From the NCBI GenBank assembly GCA_008632985.1, contig QPGO01000133.1:1-64000 (forward strand): 64,000 bases of DNA. The letters run 5' to 3'. The notes under the pieces were generated by a model. That model did not search any database, was not told the DNA's origin, and was given only the letters and a program-made list of their open reading frames with translations. Source of the DNA: Psammoneis japonica (Eukaryota). Numbering within the stretch: the first letter of the stretch is position 1; every line of letters begins with the position of its first letter. Positions 39,487-53,695 of this stretch are shown here, piece after piece. The translations under genes were made by a program, and so were the position numbers.

Positions 39487-39750
39487 TTCAAAAAGTGCTC
39501 GTTGGGAAAAAAAGGAGTGTACTATCAAATTTATGAGCTATTATTTTCAAAAGCCTTTAATCAATATAATGAAGCACCAGACCACAATGAGATTTCAAAA
39601 AGTGCTCGTTGTAAAAACGGATGTACAGTATCAAATTTAAGAGCTATCTTTTCGATAAACCTGTAAATCAAGATTTATTGGCGGAATGCGATAATTAATT
39701 CAAAAAGTGTTCGTTGCACAAACGCATGAACTGTATCAAATTTCAAGTGC
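39487..39750. repeat. Three degenerate ~105-bp tandem units (TTCAAAAAGTGYTCGTTG...TATCAAATTT)
   Basis: Units begin at ~39487, ~39594 and ~39699. Confidence 0.8.
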
Positions 39751-40314
39751 AATGATTCTTTATACCTCATTTAAGTAATGATATGTTCATTTACTGTGCA
39801 GCCACTGCACATGCTGTACCGTATGACAGACAGCACATCGTCGTCACTGCATGCAGTGATGTGCTAGCTGCAGGGCCCTGCTGTACCGTACCGTACAGTG
39901 CAGCACAGCCGGCACAGAACATTTGATCATGGCGTCCATCATTCCACGCAGCGACAAGAGGCATCACACTCCATGTACAGTGCAGCACCGGCATGCAGAC
40001 TGCTGGCACCACATGGATGGATGGATGTGCCCGCCATGCCCATCCGTCCACCACCCGTCCTTCGCCCGCCGTCCGCACCACAGTCGCTCATCGCCATGGG
40101 ATTTTCCATCACCACATTCTGGTTGACTCACAAATTGATTGCACTGATCATTTCAACATTGTGCACTCTCCATGATGATTTGTGTGCTGTTTTTCTCATG
40201 CTGAACAAAGAAGTTTGTGGGGGAAAGGGCGGGGAGCTCGTCTGGCAAAAGCTCCTGAGCAACAAAAACAAGGAAGAGTGTTGAGAAATTTTCAAACAAC
40301 AATCTCAGAGATGG

Positions 40315-40316
<2 letters not shown>

Positions 40317-40354
<38 letters not shown>
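40317..40354 (+). repeat. (GA)19 microsatellite
   Basis: Directly visible. Confidence 0.95.
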
Positions 40355-40358
<4 letters not shown>

Positions 40359-42358
40359 GAGATGTGACAAGGTGTGACAAGCAATTGATTGATGAGGAAA
40401 TGCACTTTCTTGGGTGTGCGAAAAAACTTGAGTCATTTGGCATTGTCTTTGTGCACACTGTGGGTGCTTGTGGGAGAGACACATGGACAGTCAAGTTGTT
40501 TGTGCCCTGGTTGGCAACTGGCAGGTGCTTGAATTTGAGTGCCTGCACACCTGGGGTGTGCACTCATCTCTGGAGTGCACACTCAACCACCAACCACTGC
40601 CCGTGGTCGCTGGTGGATGACTTGGTTCACCTCAATCTTCATTGCCTTGGCCCGCTCTTCAGCATCTGCTGAACCTTTCACAACACTGTAAAAAGAGAGC
40701 ATGTGCCAGGGTCTTTGTGCTCTCACTCTCATTCATGGCACAGGCTCCAGGCTCCAGGGTCTTTGACAGCCACCACATGCAGCACTTGAGCAACACAAGG
40801 CAGGCTGGCTGCACACATTGTCCAGATGGTGCGCCTGGTCCTCTTCCACTCAGCATGTTTGGCACATCAGAGTTGACCCTCACTTGGTGGACCCTTTGAA
40901 TGCACACTTGGTGAGTGTGCTTTGATCAGAGGAAGAGCTGCAGGTTCAGGAGGTGCTTCAGGGAGCACGACGGGGGCAGGAAATTGTTGTCTTCCCCCTC
41001 ACAGGTGTGACTCAACTCATTGCATCTTGGAGTTGTTGGTTTGCAAGTGGCGCCAAACATTGCAGCTTGAAGCATTGATGAATGTGCACTTCTCTGCTGG
41101 CTGCCTCTCATGCCTTCTGAAGGTGCTCCAGAGGAGTGAGCTGCTCACCTTGCAGGTGCACTGTGTTTGACCCTTCCTTCTGAGTGATGTGTGGGTCAAC
41201 TGCTCAAGATGCGGGAGTTGCTTTAAGTGACCAAGTGGATCCATGAAGCAGCAGCAAAAAGATTGTCAAAAACCACATGATGCCAAGCAGCACAGCAACT
41301 CCAGCTTGAAAATTGAGGACTTGGGTTGGGGGTGCACGCTGGACATCTCCACATGCAAGCATCTCTCTGATGACAGCAAGGCACTGTGCTGGAGCCAGCA
41401 AAAATGTCTGCTTGGCAACATCTGAGGGAGTTGGAAGTGACGTTGCAGACGTGCTTGCTGGCAAAAGAGGTGCCCCCCTCCCCCCCTTTCAACAGAGTGA
41501 TGCATGAATGAGCACTGCTCTCCTCATGTTGGAGATGGGCCAAATGTTCTGCATTTGACAAGAACTCCACTCTGATGATGGGCATTGGCAGCACCACAAA
41601 ACCCATGTTGTGGCTCGTGCTCATGGGCATGCTGAACAAATGAGGTGGCTTTGAATGCACTGCCATTGGCAAGAAACTTTTGAGCAGCCACACCATGGTG
41701 CAGAGCATGCTTTTCAAATGCCTGCTTTGCTCACACATGGTCTCTACAACTGAAAACTCAAGTTTGCACTCAACCTGAACACACCCTGAGGTGTGGTTGA
41801 CAAGTGCCTGGCCTTCCTTAAATTGCTTGGATGTGCAGCTTTCCCATTGGAGTTGCAGGTCTCCAGCCCAGGAGACAAGATTCAAAATGATCAATGCTGA
41901 AAGCTTGGCACATTTGCAAATCTCTTGTTGATCTCAGAGAGATTGCTTGACTGAGTCAGCAGCCTCCTCTGAGAGTGATGATGTTGTGGCACAAAATGGC
42001 GCATGCTGGCATTCTTCTGGCCATCTGCCAATGCAGGTGCCACAAGTCTGGCAGATTTTGCCTTGAACAGGAGCCATCAGCAATGGCTGGCTCTTCAGTT
42101 TTGTGGACTTGAGTCCTTGACAATGCATGGTCACACTCAAAAACCATGATTTGGCCAGCATCGTTTCCCCTCCCTCATCATTCCCATCTGCCCCAACTCC
42201 AAAAATGTTCAATGTTGGTTTCGAGGTTTTGTGCATTGGCAGTTCACAGCGTTCAATGAAACGACAGTGAGCTGTGATGCCAATGATTGGAAAAGCAGTC
42301 CTGCGCGCAATCCTTGGTTGTGGTGGTCCACAATTCAGAGTCTGTTTTGTTGAAGTCT

Positions 42359-43140
42359 TCATCTGGGCCAATCAAGGTTTTGACAACTGCAGCGGCATTT
42401 GTTGCTGCTGTTGCTGTTGTTGCTGCTGCTGGATGACACTCCAACAGCCACTCCTGCAACCACAGTGGCAACAACCAGCAATGATGCAGCCCCCAAGAGA
42501 ACAAAGCAATTGCAATGACGACACTTTGCTGCCACATGGTGGTCATCATGTTCTGCTGGAATCTCGTCCTTGTCTTCAACCTGCTCTGCTTGGGCCACCG
42601 GAAGTTGACAAAAGCACAAGTTTTCTTCATGCAGCCATGCCATTCTCTTGTCATCATCTTGAGTGAGTTGAGCCTGGACAAGCACAGTGCTGCCGTTGTC
42701 ATCACCATCACCACCAAGGCTTTCACTGCTGGTTGGAAGAGTGATGGGATGATCCAAGGTTGTCACAGTGGCGACTCTGTCATGTCCAATGCCGGGTTCT
42801 GCCACTGGTCTCATGGCAGGTTGACCTCCAGGTCTCCAGGCAAATGCACCAGGCAAGACAAATGCAGGTGGGGAGTCAACGCCAGTGGCATTGACATCGG
42901 TTGCATCACCTGGCAATGACAAGATGCTGTTCACAGAAGCCACATTGGCCGCCTTCTGTCACTTGCCCTTTTTGGTTTGAGTGCTTGTCCCATGATTTTG
43001 GTTGCTGCTGGAAGCCACAAATCCATCCACTTGTTGTTGTTGTTGTTGCTCTTGCTCATGGTGATGTCCAGATTGAGGCTTTTTCTTTGTGTTGACACTG
43101 CTTGTAGATGGTCAATCTTTGCCGTCGTCTGGGCATGGCT
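42359..43140 (-). pseudogene. Hypermutated relic of a PGAFA/TM-type receptor-like host gene
   Basis: PGAFAW...VLVQAQL...VAQAEQV...hydrophobic LLVVATVVAGVAVGVSS has the same architecture as the N-terminus of the gene at 54065. Tyr-free and TA-free. Confidence 0.55.
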
Positions 43141-46100
43141 TTCTTGTTGAGGTCTTTGTTTTGGAGCAATGAGTTGTCCTTTTTGTCCTGTTTGTTGTTG
43201 CACGTCACACTGCACTGCCGCAGCACTCTCAAAGACAGTGTTCACTGCTCTGCTTGCTGCTTCTCTCCAGAGCAGCAGCAGAGGATTGTGATGAGTGCAA
43301 CAAGGGACACTGGCAGGAAACAACACAAAATGAATGTTCCCTTTGCAATCAGCATGATCGATCTGCACATTTCGCACATCACACAGAATGCACAGATTTT
43401 GCTGCATTGCATCCGATTCATCGAAATGCAGTAAACACAAGTTGGGTAGAATCCCAAAAAATGACATCTTCAACTTGAAGTTCATTCAGTCATGAGTTGT
43501 GTTGTCATTGTGTTTTTTGTGATGGTCTTGTCAACCGTTTTCACCCAAACTTGTTCATCTCATTGAGCAAAAATTCAAATGTGAAATTGCACCACAAAAG
43601 AGAAGACTGTGATTTTTGTGTGTTTGGCCAGACCATCTCATCAATGACTGCAGCTGCGAGCTGTCATGTGCCACTGTTGCTGTTTCCCAAAAGACCAGCA
43701 TGTCAAGCAGAGACATGTTGTTGAGTGGTGTGGCAGCTTGTTCCCTCACCAACCCACAAGCATTGGCCAGAGCTGCTGGCAACAGACAACAAAGCATGCA
43801 GGGCTGCTCTGCCAGATTTGGTGGACCACCCCAGCAAGGCTTTCCACATCTCATGCTGGGGCAACGCGGCCTCTTCTCACCTGTGCCAGGTGTGTGTCTG
43901 CCACCCCAAACTGAACGAAGCTGTTGTTTTCAACTCAACTTGGGTGTTGTCAATGTGCTCAAGCCCAAGGCACCCAAGATGGGAGGAGCAGCCCTCACCA
44001 GGTCTGCTGAGCTGGTGGCTTGGACAGGCAGCAAGCTCAGGGAAGGCTTGCCTTGTGCAGATCCTGCTGCTGTGACTTCTCTGATGTCTCTGAGCCAGCA
44101 CCATTCACATCATGTTGTTAGACCAACAAGTTGATGCAATGAAAAGAGAGTCCCACAAGGCTTCCAGTTCTGTTTGCTGCACTTGTCCTTGCAGCTGGTT
44201 GGCTTTGGGCCACCTGAAAGTTCTCAATGGTGACTTCAAATTTGCAATGCATGCAGGCACCCAACAGCACCAACAGACAGGTGCACATTCCAGATGATTC
44301 ACTCCAAAGAGTGAGGTTGAAACACAGTTGAGAGAGGGATTGGTTGCTGAGGAAAACCCTCAAAAAACAGTTGCTGATGCACTGCGTCAGGGTCCAAAAA
44401 CATTTTTCCTTCAATGCACCTAGGTTTTCACAGCAACCCTTGTGTCCAGGAGCTCCAGCACATGCTGTGTCCACTGCTCAGAAGAGCAAGGCCCACTGCA
44501 CCACTGGACTTCTTTCAAAGCACGTGAAAAAGGGAAACCCAGCTGTTTGCTTTTGAGAAAGGCATCATGGGCCACCTGGAGGGCTGTGTTTTGGACATGA
44601 TGACTCTTGTCTTTTGGATCCAGAAGGCCCTTCCGAGACAATGACTCACATCAAAAGCCATCAGATTTGAACCAATGCCCAAGCCAATGTGTGCAAATGC
44701 ACAGTGCCAACAAAACAAAAGAAGATGCATGGGCTGACCTGTCTCAGGCACTTGATCTTGTTCAAGTCAGCAGCTTGATTGCTTCTCTTTTCAAAGATGC
44801 TTCACACTCATTGCTCACATGAGTTGTTGCAGCTGTTTTAATCTTCCAGCCTTCACATTCAATCCAAAACACAAAACCAAAAATCTGTTTTTAAGGTGCT
44901 GTTACACTCCCGCCCTGCAACTCTGGCAACAAGCCAACCCACACCCCCAGCACACCTGCGCGCGGCAGGGATGCATGTCAATCAGCAGATGATGCCCAGC
45001 CAAAGCAACGGACGACGTCGAGACAACAACACTTAAAAGGTTTCTTGTTTTCATTGAGAAAGGAGCCATGGTGGCCACAAAACAACAGCAAAAGACAATG
45101 ACAGTCAGAAGAACTTGGCTCAGAAATGGCAGCGCACCTTGAAGAAAGCACGGGAACTTCAAACCCTTGAGCGCAGCTGCCACAGTGCAAAGTGCACAGT
45201 TTGGAACAGTGATCTTGAATTGCCGGTAGACAGCAGCAGAAGGATGGTCACTGGGAACTGGCAGACAGGGGGATGGATGACTTGGGAACTTGACAGGGTG
45301 ACAGCTGGCAACAGCAACTTCCGACGTAGAAAAACCCCACACTCAATCTGGGGCAGAACATTTGCTTCCGTGACGGGCATGTGCCATCAACACAGACAGA
45401 CTTGATTTCATGCTTTGTGGGACTGGAACGAGAGCAGAAAGTTCACCACTCAAAGGAGGCAGCTTGGCATGTCGGCAATTAGAAGGAAGGTCATTCTAGA
45501 CTTGCAGGCATGGAAGGGTAGATCTCAATGTTGTGACGCATCGGAAAACAGCAGCAATTTCTGACACACATAGAAACAACACTGGGTTCTGCACAGAAGT
45601 GCCGATGTGTGCAGCGGGTGGACAAAAAATCAAGTGACTCCAAGGGACAGCTCAATCTCATGCTCAAAAGTGCATCAACAGAAACATTTCTTTCTCTCAC
45701 AAAGGAAAGACTGTGACTGGCCAATGGGAAGAAGAGGGGTTGCTGAGAACAGGCGGGTGTGGGTGTGAACAGTTCGGAGATTTGAAAAGTCGATCGTCAG
45801 TGTCAACTGCTGAAGCGCGCAGAATTTGCACTGGATCCTGTGTAGAAAAATTTCTGAATCGGCAAAAAATCACCAGGAAAGACAAACAGCTTACGACCCA
45901 CAAGGCGTTGATGCCAGTTGTTTTCCACTGAGAAACATCATTGCTTGTCATGCTGAAATGAGGGCATGCCATTGGTGGATGTTTCCGAAAGGAGCGTGTG
46001 AGACCAAGCAACACACCATGTGAGAAGGGAGGCATCTGCACCAGAGCATGCACAGAAATGCACGCAGGTGGTTTCAAAGGGAGTGATGCTGAAATTGTGG

Positions 46101-47023
46101 CCTTCACATTCAATCCAGCTCAGCAGGTGGCCAGGGTGCAAAGATCAAGAAACTTGAATTCAAAATGTTTTTGTGTGTGTGAAAATGGGTGCGTGTGCAC
46201 CGCCCAAGTCTGGAACAAGCTCAAGTCATGAGTTGCAGCTCCCTCTGGCGGCAGCAACAATGGGGGAGGCACTGGGGAGGTGCGCCAATGACAGCAGCAC
46301 CCACCATGACAAGTTGCTTTCTGCTGCACCAACCATGGCTTGATTGGTGCAAGTGAGAATTTTTGCAGCACATTTGTTTTGCTCTTTGCCAACAAACACC
46401 TGGGTGCTCCAACCCATTGCTGCACAGCGGTTGCCCCACCACTGCCCTGGAACAGATGTCAGCTGATTTTCTCTTTCTCTCACTTCCAGTGGTCCAGTCA
46501 TGTCATGCAATGCCTGAAAAGTTTTGCAGGCAATGAGCACTTTTTTCTGCTGGGAGAGGCACTGCCAGCTTTCAAGCCACAGCTTTTGCAGCAATGCTGG
46601 CTGCGCGCTGTTGTCAAGCCACCTCTGACAAATGAGTCCAGGAGCAAAGATGCTGCTTGGAGTGCAAGAGGAGCTGACAACCTTTTCTTCATGTGGCTTT
46701 CTGCCACCACAGAGCAGCATTTGCTTGGTGGGGAAGGCCATGGCCAATGGCTGAAGCAGCCTGGATGGGCAGGTGTGCTGAAAGCCTTGAGCCCCAAACC
46801 CAAGCTGCATGGATGGGCCAGAGAGCGGGCAAGGTGGGAGCTGTCAAACCATCTGAAGTCAGCTGTTGTTGTTTTTCTCTTGTGAAAAATGAGAGAGCCA
46901 ACAACAACGGTCAACTCGAACATTGGATGGCACTTTAATGGTTCAAACAAATTCTTGCAATGGTCGGAGCATGCAGTCACAACGCGCGAGGCAGGATCCG
47001 CGAATGAATGCTCCAGGACACTG

Positions 47024-47205
47024 CGAACAAATCTCGATGCAACGAAAGAACAAGCACGACACCTTGAGTCTAAATGGAAAGCAGCAACACTGTCAATGCG
47101 AACCTAAACCTGATTAGATTGTGAGCGTGTTGCTGCAGCACCACTTGATCCACACATCTCAACCAACCACCAATTGCAACGTGGCCCTCCATCCAGATTT
47201 GCTCG
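47024..47205 (-). repeat. 3' LTR of copia element 1 (heavily TA-mutated)
   Basis: Ungapped match to 53709-53890 with 18 transitions; preceded on the minus strand by purine-rich GCGGGGA. Confidence 0.93.
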
Positions 47206-50200
47206 GTCCCCGCGAAACGGCAATGACAGTGCCGATTCGTCCAAACATGCAACATCCTCTCGCAGAGAGGCAAACCACAAGAACCCAAATTAAACCACCA
47301 GATGTGCTGGCTTGGGAGGCCACGATGCGTGGGCACGAGCCACAGGTGCCTGGCCTTGGTGTCGGGACATCACCAAAAAATGCACGAGCAAAGCTTCCAT
47401 CGCCGCTCTCCTGCAACCACCTTCGCAAGTAGATCGGCCAAGTTCGTTTCCGTGTCCTCCTTGCCAACACGAACAATTCCCACTGCAACCGCTTCTCGTG
47501 CAACATGGCAGTTGATGGCATTGTGCTTCTTGTGCAAAACCGACTCGGGTGCACTTGCATTCTTTGCAACACCGCGATTGTCACAAAAGACACTTGCCGG
47601 TCCTTCAAGGGGAACCCCAAACATACGAAGCTTGCAACGCAAAGCAACAATCAATTCCTCACAAATCCGCATCGCAACCAATTCACTTCCAAACGTTGCC
47701 GATTCCACCGTGTTCTGCCGCTTGCTGAACCATGCCACTGGTGCATTGTTGACGAATGTCAGAATCCCGCCATGCGACCTGTGAGTGACAACATTCCCTG
47801 CATGGTTAGCGTCAACAAATGCATGGATGTTTGCCGGATTGCCACGAGGCTTCGGTGCCCATGGCGGCAGTTCCTCCTCGATGTCCCCGTAAAACTTGGT
47901 CCAGTCTGTGTTTGAATTGAAAATGGGTTCATCAATCACCGGTTCCTTTGGATCAAATCCGATGCGTCCGACGTTCTGGTGTTTCTTCATGTGCGCAAAT
48001 GCATGGTGCAATGCCTCAAGATGTCCTTTCCTCGGATTAGCTTGACATTGAGACAGGATTGAAACCTCATGCAAGATGTCGACACGACCCAACTCGATCG
48101 CCCAACGACAAATCCCTGTCAGCTGCAAATGCCTGTCCACCAAGTCGGGACCTGACTCGTCCGTCATGTCCAGTTCCGGTTTGCACTTCGGGGGCAGTGG
48201 ATCCTTTGCACTGTTCTTCAGAGCCTCTCCATTGCCGTCTTCATCCAATGGGCCTTCCACAGTCTTAATCGCCGATTTGACACATGACCTCAGTGAACTC
48301 GCCCAGATTGTGTGCCCATCCTGAGTCTGAACCTTCTCAACATTGGCTCCAAGATGAACTTCTGGTTCTCCTTTGCTGCCGGGCTTCACGGCACAGTGTT
48401 CACCCATGCAGCAACAATGAACTTCCCTTGATGGGAAATGACCAGTGTGTCATCGACATGAACCAAAAGCATTTCACAACACTCGTGCCCATCCTCTCGA
48501 GTCGCCGTACGCAAGTGGACATCTGGGTCCACTCTCGTCGATTCGAAGCCTGAGTCACGTAAGACCGATGACAGTGCAGAGCTCCAAGAGCATCCCAAGC
48601 TCTTTGAGCCATGCAATGCCCGAGTGACAACAAGCACCTTTCCTTTGTACTCGCCGCATTCCTTTCTGCCTTCAAACCATGTCTTTTCTGTGCACGGTGC
48701 ATTGAGACAAGCATTCTCCAGATCAATCGCCACAATGTCAACACCATTCAAGGCTGCCAACAAGAACCCAAGTTGCACACTGTCTCTGGAAACCATGCCA
48801 GAGCAAGTGATCGATGCAGGGGCCTCTGTCGTGTGTCCGCCAGCTACAAACCTTGCCTTTCTGGTGAAATCCATTTTAATGTCGAACACCATGTGGCACC
48901 TGATCTCCTGACAACCACGCAAAGTTGTGCTCTTGCCTTCCCGGACGACTTGAGGGGTTTCAGCTTCGTGCTCGCGCCATGCCACCTTCACCTTTGCCAT
49001 CTCCTTGTTGATTGCACGAGCCCAATGATCTGTCCCCGTTTCCTGATCAATCCACAAAGCATCCTCCGTGGACTTGGGCAATCGGATCCCAAACTTGTGA
49101 GTCGTGCGCCAGCACTTCTTCTTGACCTTGGATGTGGCGCGATTCCGTTTACGCAGGACATGTGTGACCCACCAAGCAAAAGCAGGTTCTTCCGTCAACC
49201 TGTTCGCAACAGCATGCTCAGCAACTTCAATGGGGTTGGAGTCCTTTAGATCTTTGAGTTTGACCCAAGATGAGCTGCCATCCTTCCATCCAACCAATGA
49301 CTTCCATCCTTTTGTTGTGATCTTCTTCTTCTCCTTCCCGTCAGCGGTTCGTACGGTGCCGTCAGCAATCAACACCGCATCGTCACTCCTCTCGTGGTCC
49401 TGCATCTCGTGTAAGATAGAATGCTGGTTGCCCTTGCTGTCGACCTGAGCAAACATGTTCTCGGCAATGACATTGGCTGTGTGCTCATCTGTGGTTCCGT
49501 CGGCACATTCCACTTCGCATTCGCGAGTGTCAAACAATGGGTTTTGATGCCGAGTCCCAATTGGACGCCCATCCTGTCCTCTTGCACGTTTCGTTGCAAC
49601 ACCACGTCGCTCGCCGTCGGCTCTGATGTCAAACACAAGTTCCATTCCCAGGTGTTGATCGATTGCCTGCTCGTCGTCGTCATCTGGTCGCTCGTCGGGT
49701 GATGGCATGTTGCCACATTCCTCGTCCTCTGGCGTGACACCGCCCTCACACTCCACACCGAGGTTGCCGTCAATTGCAAGATCGTCCAACACGAATGCGG
49801 GCACAGATTCATTGCCTTTGAAGACAAAGTTGGTGTCGTCCAATCGCTTCTCCAGCTGCTCATTAAAGTTGTTGACCTTGACGCGAACATCCGGTTGCAC
49901 CACATCAGCCTGTGTCACGTGCTCGACCCATGTTTTGGAGACAATCTTCCCGCTTTCTGCAACAATCCAACAGCACATGTCCGAGCCAACTTTGTGTGAG
50001 ACACCAAGCCACCGTCCAAGCCTTCAAGGATTGTCAGTTGCGTTCGGCTTGTTGGGCCTGTCCCACCACCACACCACATCGTAGAAACCAAAATCCAAAT
50101 GCTCGCCTGTCTCTGGTGTCTGCCCAGTGACCTCTTCATGTCCAGTCCTCTTGTCCCTGCCTCTTGCCATGCGCGACACTAATTCTGACTTGCAAACAAG

Positions 50201-53200
50201 ACCAAAATCCCACAATCGCTTTGGTGCCTTCTTCTTCATCATCTGCAGCCGCCAATGTTTGGCCAAGAAACCAATTTCGTGCTCCGCTGCCTGGTTCTGG
50301 TTCTTCCGACCCTGCTCTGATGTTCTTGGTTGCACTCTCGTGCGTCGTGCGTGTCTCACAAATTCGGTGCTCCTTCCTGTGAACTCTCCTGCCCCGTCCG
50401 ACATAAGACATTCTGGTGCACCCACGTCGTCTGTGAATTCAACAAGAGACAAACCTGCCTCCGACCCAGCGGTCATTGGCACAACCTTCACGAATTTGCC
50501 CTGAGCACAAACATTGGCACACGTGTTGCCGAGCAAAGACTTCACCTTGGATGTCAAAGTGTCCACAAACCATGTTGCTTTCAGATGCTTCCGATGCAAG
50601 TCAAGATGATCCACCCTCACTCTTCGTGACATCGGCTGGGTCGCTGTTCGCACACCACGCTGAGTTGTTACATTGAGGGTGTCTTTTGCCGTTTCTAAAC
50701 CGACACTCCATTTTCGGGCCAGCTCTTCAGCGTCAATCTTCGAGTGCCGATCCTTGCCACATAAATCTTTGACTGCCCTCTGCCTCTTGTCCACGTTGTC
50801 GCGATGTGCACAAGCCACGTTCACTGAGCTGACAAGCCTGTCGCAAAACGATTGAAGTTGACAGATGGGAGATGCAGACGACAGTTGCACTTCGACCTCG
50901 CCCCAGCGCACTGCTTGGGACTTTGCCTTCTCGCTCCTTAATTCCGAGACCTGTTCTTGTTGCATGCCAGAGGTTGATGATCGAACAGTGCGCATCTCCG
51001 CCTGCTCTCTAGTGCGCTCCGGTGAGCCCATGTCCAGCTGTGCTGGATCCCATGCGTCACCTGTCAACAGCATGACCAGTGAGCTCTGCACTTCCCAATC
51101 CGTCGGAACACGAGACTTGAAAGACACAATTGTCCCCGTGGCATTGAAAGGGATGAAAGCTTTGTCAGCTTCAATGCCAAATCCGTTTCGGGTGTCGCAA
51201 GGGTTGTCGTGCACGGGTGTGTTGTGCGCACAGAGTTGGTTAGGATTCAAAAGTGAGTGTTCCATGTCGGTCCCAAACCAGAGCATTTGATCACCAACCA
51301 GCAAACATTCATGAGTCGTTTCCGGATCTGTCCATGCGGTGCAACAACGTGCCACAGGAATCTGTTTGATCGGCTCATGAGAGTCCAGAAATGGATGCAC
51401 CTTGCACACTTCATTTGTCATCTCCATGAGCTTCCAGTTCGCCCCAGTGCAACAAGTGTCCGCATGAGCATCACATTCATTTCGAGCGACAAACCCAGGT
51501 GTCGTCAAATTTGTCATCTGTGCAGAACTTGTCGATCGGATCACACGTTTTGATGTCACGGCAATGTGCCTCTTTGTTGCCTTTCCTTTGAAATGAGACA
51601 TTGGGTGGGGTTTGGTCAACAGCAAGAAGAGTGACACAAGCAAAAACGACAAGTGTGCCAAATGCACCAATGCTCCAGCAGCTGTTGCCACCCCAAGGAG
51701 TCAGGTGGAACCATTGCAGGCTCCCCGACCGAAGGCGCATCCATCACGTCCACCACGATCCCGGTCAGCGCCGCAACCACGCCCGCCACTCCTTTGCTCC
51801 TGATCCTGTTGTTGGGTTTGGCCATGGCCATCTTGATGGACTTGGGCTTCAGCCACATGCCTGCCGCCCCCATCGCGTCCTTGTTGACCTGCGGGAGACC
51901 CACGGCCACCACCGCATCCATGACCCATTCGTTCGCGAGCTTGGAACACGCAGCTCATGCCTCCATCACACTGCAACTTTTCCCATTCTTGAGCGCTAAA
52001 GCTCCTTGTAGGGTCGGATGCATCGACTCCATTGATCATTGCAGTGTGGTTGCCACCTCTGCCTTGACGGCCACCACCACGTCCGCGTCCACCCCCACGT
52101 CCAAATCTTCCTCCGCGACCGCGACCTTGATAAAAACCGCGGCCACCGCCGCCACCACGGCTCATTTCAGAAATCTTGCACTTCGAGCAACGCCGGGCTT
52201 CCAACTGAGCACCTGCATGCAAACGAGAGACTTCGGATGAGAAATGAGCACATGCCCCCGCGAAGTCACGAGGGTGCTGACTGCCAATGACAGCCGTTGC
52301 TGCAATGAGACGAGTGTCATCTGTTCGGATCCCTTTTAGAAGAATGTCAACTTTCTGTCATTCAGATTTGCGGTCGTCCGGTGATTTGTTCAAAGCAGCG
52401 AAAGCACTGGCAAGTTTCTCATTGAACTTTTCAAACGGGAGCAATCCTTCCTTTTTGTAAAACAAGGTTTCAACAGTTGCCGTAGCCAGATGGACGCGCT
52501 TGCTCAACTCGCCCTGTCCATTGCAATGGTCAACCCATGCGTTGAATGCTCCACGTCCGTCTTCTGTCGCGTCAAACGGTTTGATCCATGCCCATCCTGC
52601 CGTGTCGACCAAGTGTTCCTTCAACATGCGGCAAACGCTGCGGTTGTCCTCGTCATGTGCGGCGCCATTCAATGGCATCTGGCACATGCGCTGTTGTTGA
52701 GCATCCGTGAATGCAGCCGGAGCTGGCATTGTCCTTACGACACAGCGAAGGGGTTCTTTCAACACGCCAAATTTCTGTGCCAAGAGATTCAAGAAAGCAT
52801 CTTTGCACACATCGAAGTCATCAGGCTTGAACTTTACGAGACCGCTTGCCGACGTGTCCGAATCCGTGCGCTCCTTTTCGATGCGCCTGCCATTCCGGGC
52901 CGCAGCCACAGCTGCTGCATTAAAGTCTGCCGCAACCAATGGCTGATTCCGTTTGAGCAAATCCTGGCACCACCATGCTAGCGCCTGTAAGTTCTTGATC
53001 TGAGTGGTCCCAAGAGTCACACGTCCGTCGGCCACCGTGCGACGAGACGCCCTCTGCGCCATGTCTTCCACATCGTGATCACTCTCCATCACTGCGATGT
53101 TTTCCAAAGTCGCGGACCCTTCATGGAAGACCAACCTCGCCCTTGCGTTCTGGTCAGCAACACCACAAACTTGCAAAACTGCATCAACGTCAGCTGCCGC

Positions 53201-53695
53201 GGCTGACGCCGCAAGTGCTGCTGCTGGTGCTGCCGCTGCTGCCATCCTGCAACAGAGAAAGGGTGCAAAGGTCCCGCACCGGGAACACACACAGCTGTGA
53301 GTCTGCATGGTCATGATGGCTGCACTTTCTCTGTGTTGTGATAACGGGTTCACACAGCCACCCAACGTCAGGGTGATCAGTCCTGTGTCGTTCATGTCAA
53401 CCGACATTGTTGAGCACACGCTCGGGCATGTCGCCCAATGCCGCAGTCCCTTCACACCCGTTGCATGTGTGAGGACAGTGACTGTCTTTGCGAGTGTCAC
53501 CATTGCAAGCTGTTTTTGTGGACATTGTTACAAGCGACACGAGATGCATCATCGTGCGCATCAATCCGAATTCTGACGCATCGCGCACAGTTCAGTGCCG
53601 TTTCTGCAGCTGCACGTTCTGTGCAAACAACACAACAAACAATCGTCCATGACGAATTGCACCTCGAAACCATTTCGCTCTGTCTTTTTCGTCTT

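Larger units (their letters stand above)
39950..47019. other. Large TpA/CpG-depleted block of degenerate repeats and gene relics
   Basis: TA is rare over 7 kb; contains many spurious Cys/His-rich ORFs. Confidence 0.8.

Noticed and set aside
40900..46900. Possible DNA-transposon relics
   Set aside because: Too degenerate: no catalytic motifs or TIRs that I can support.
5100..47000. Many overlapping Cys/His/Gln-rich ORFs in depleted blocks (e.g. 12994-13707, 33121-33897, 34371-35816)
   Set aside because: These are expected artefacts of TAA/TAG loss: Tyr-free, present in all frames, and without recognisable domains.
47370..53500. Alternative genetic code or codon bias explaining Tyr-free pol
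   Set aside because: The same changes occur in non-coding LTRs and the PBS, and host genes use Tyr normally.
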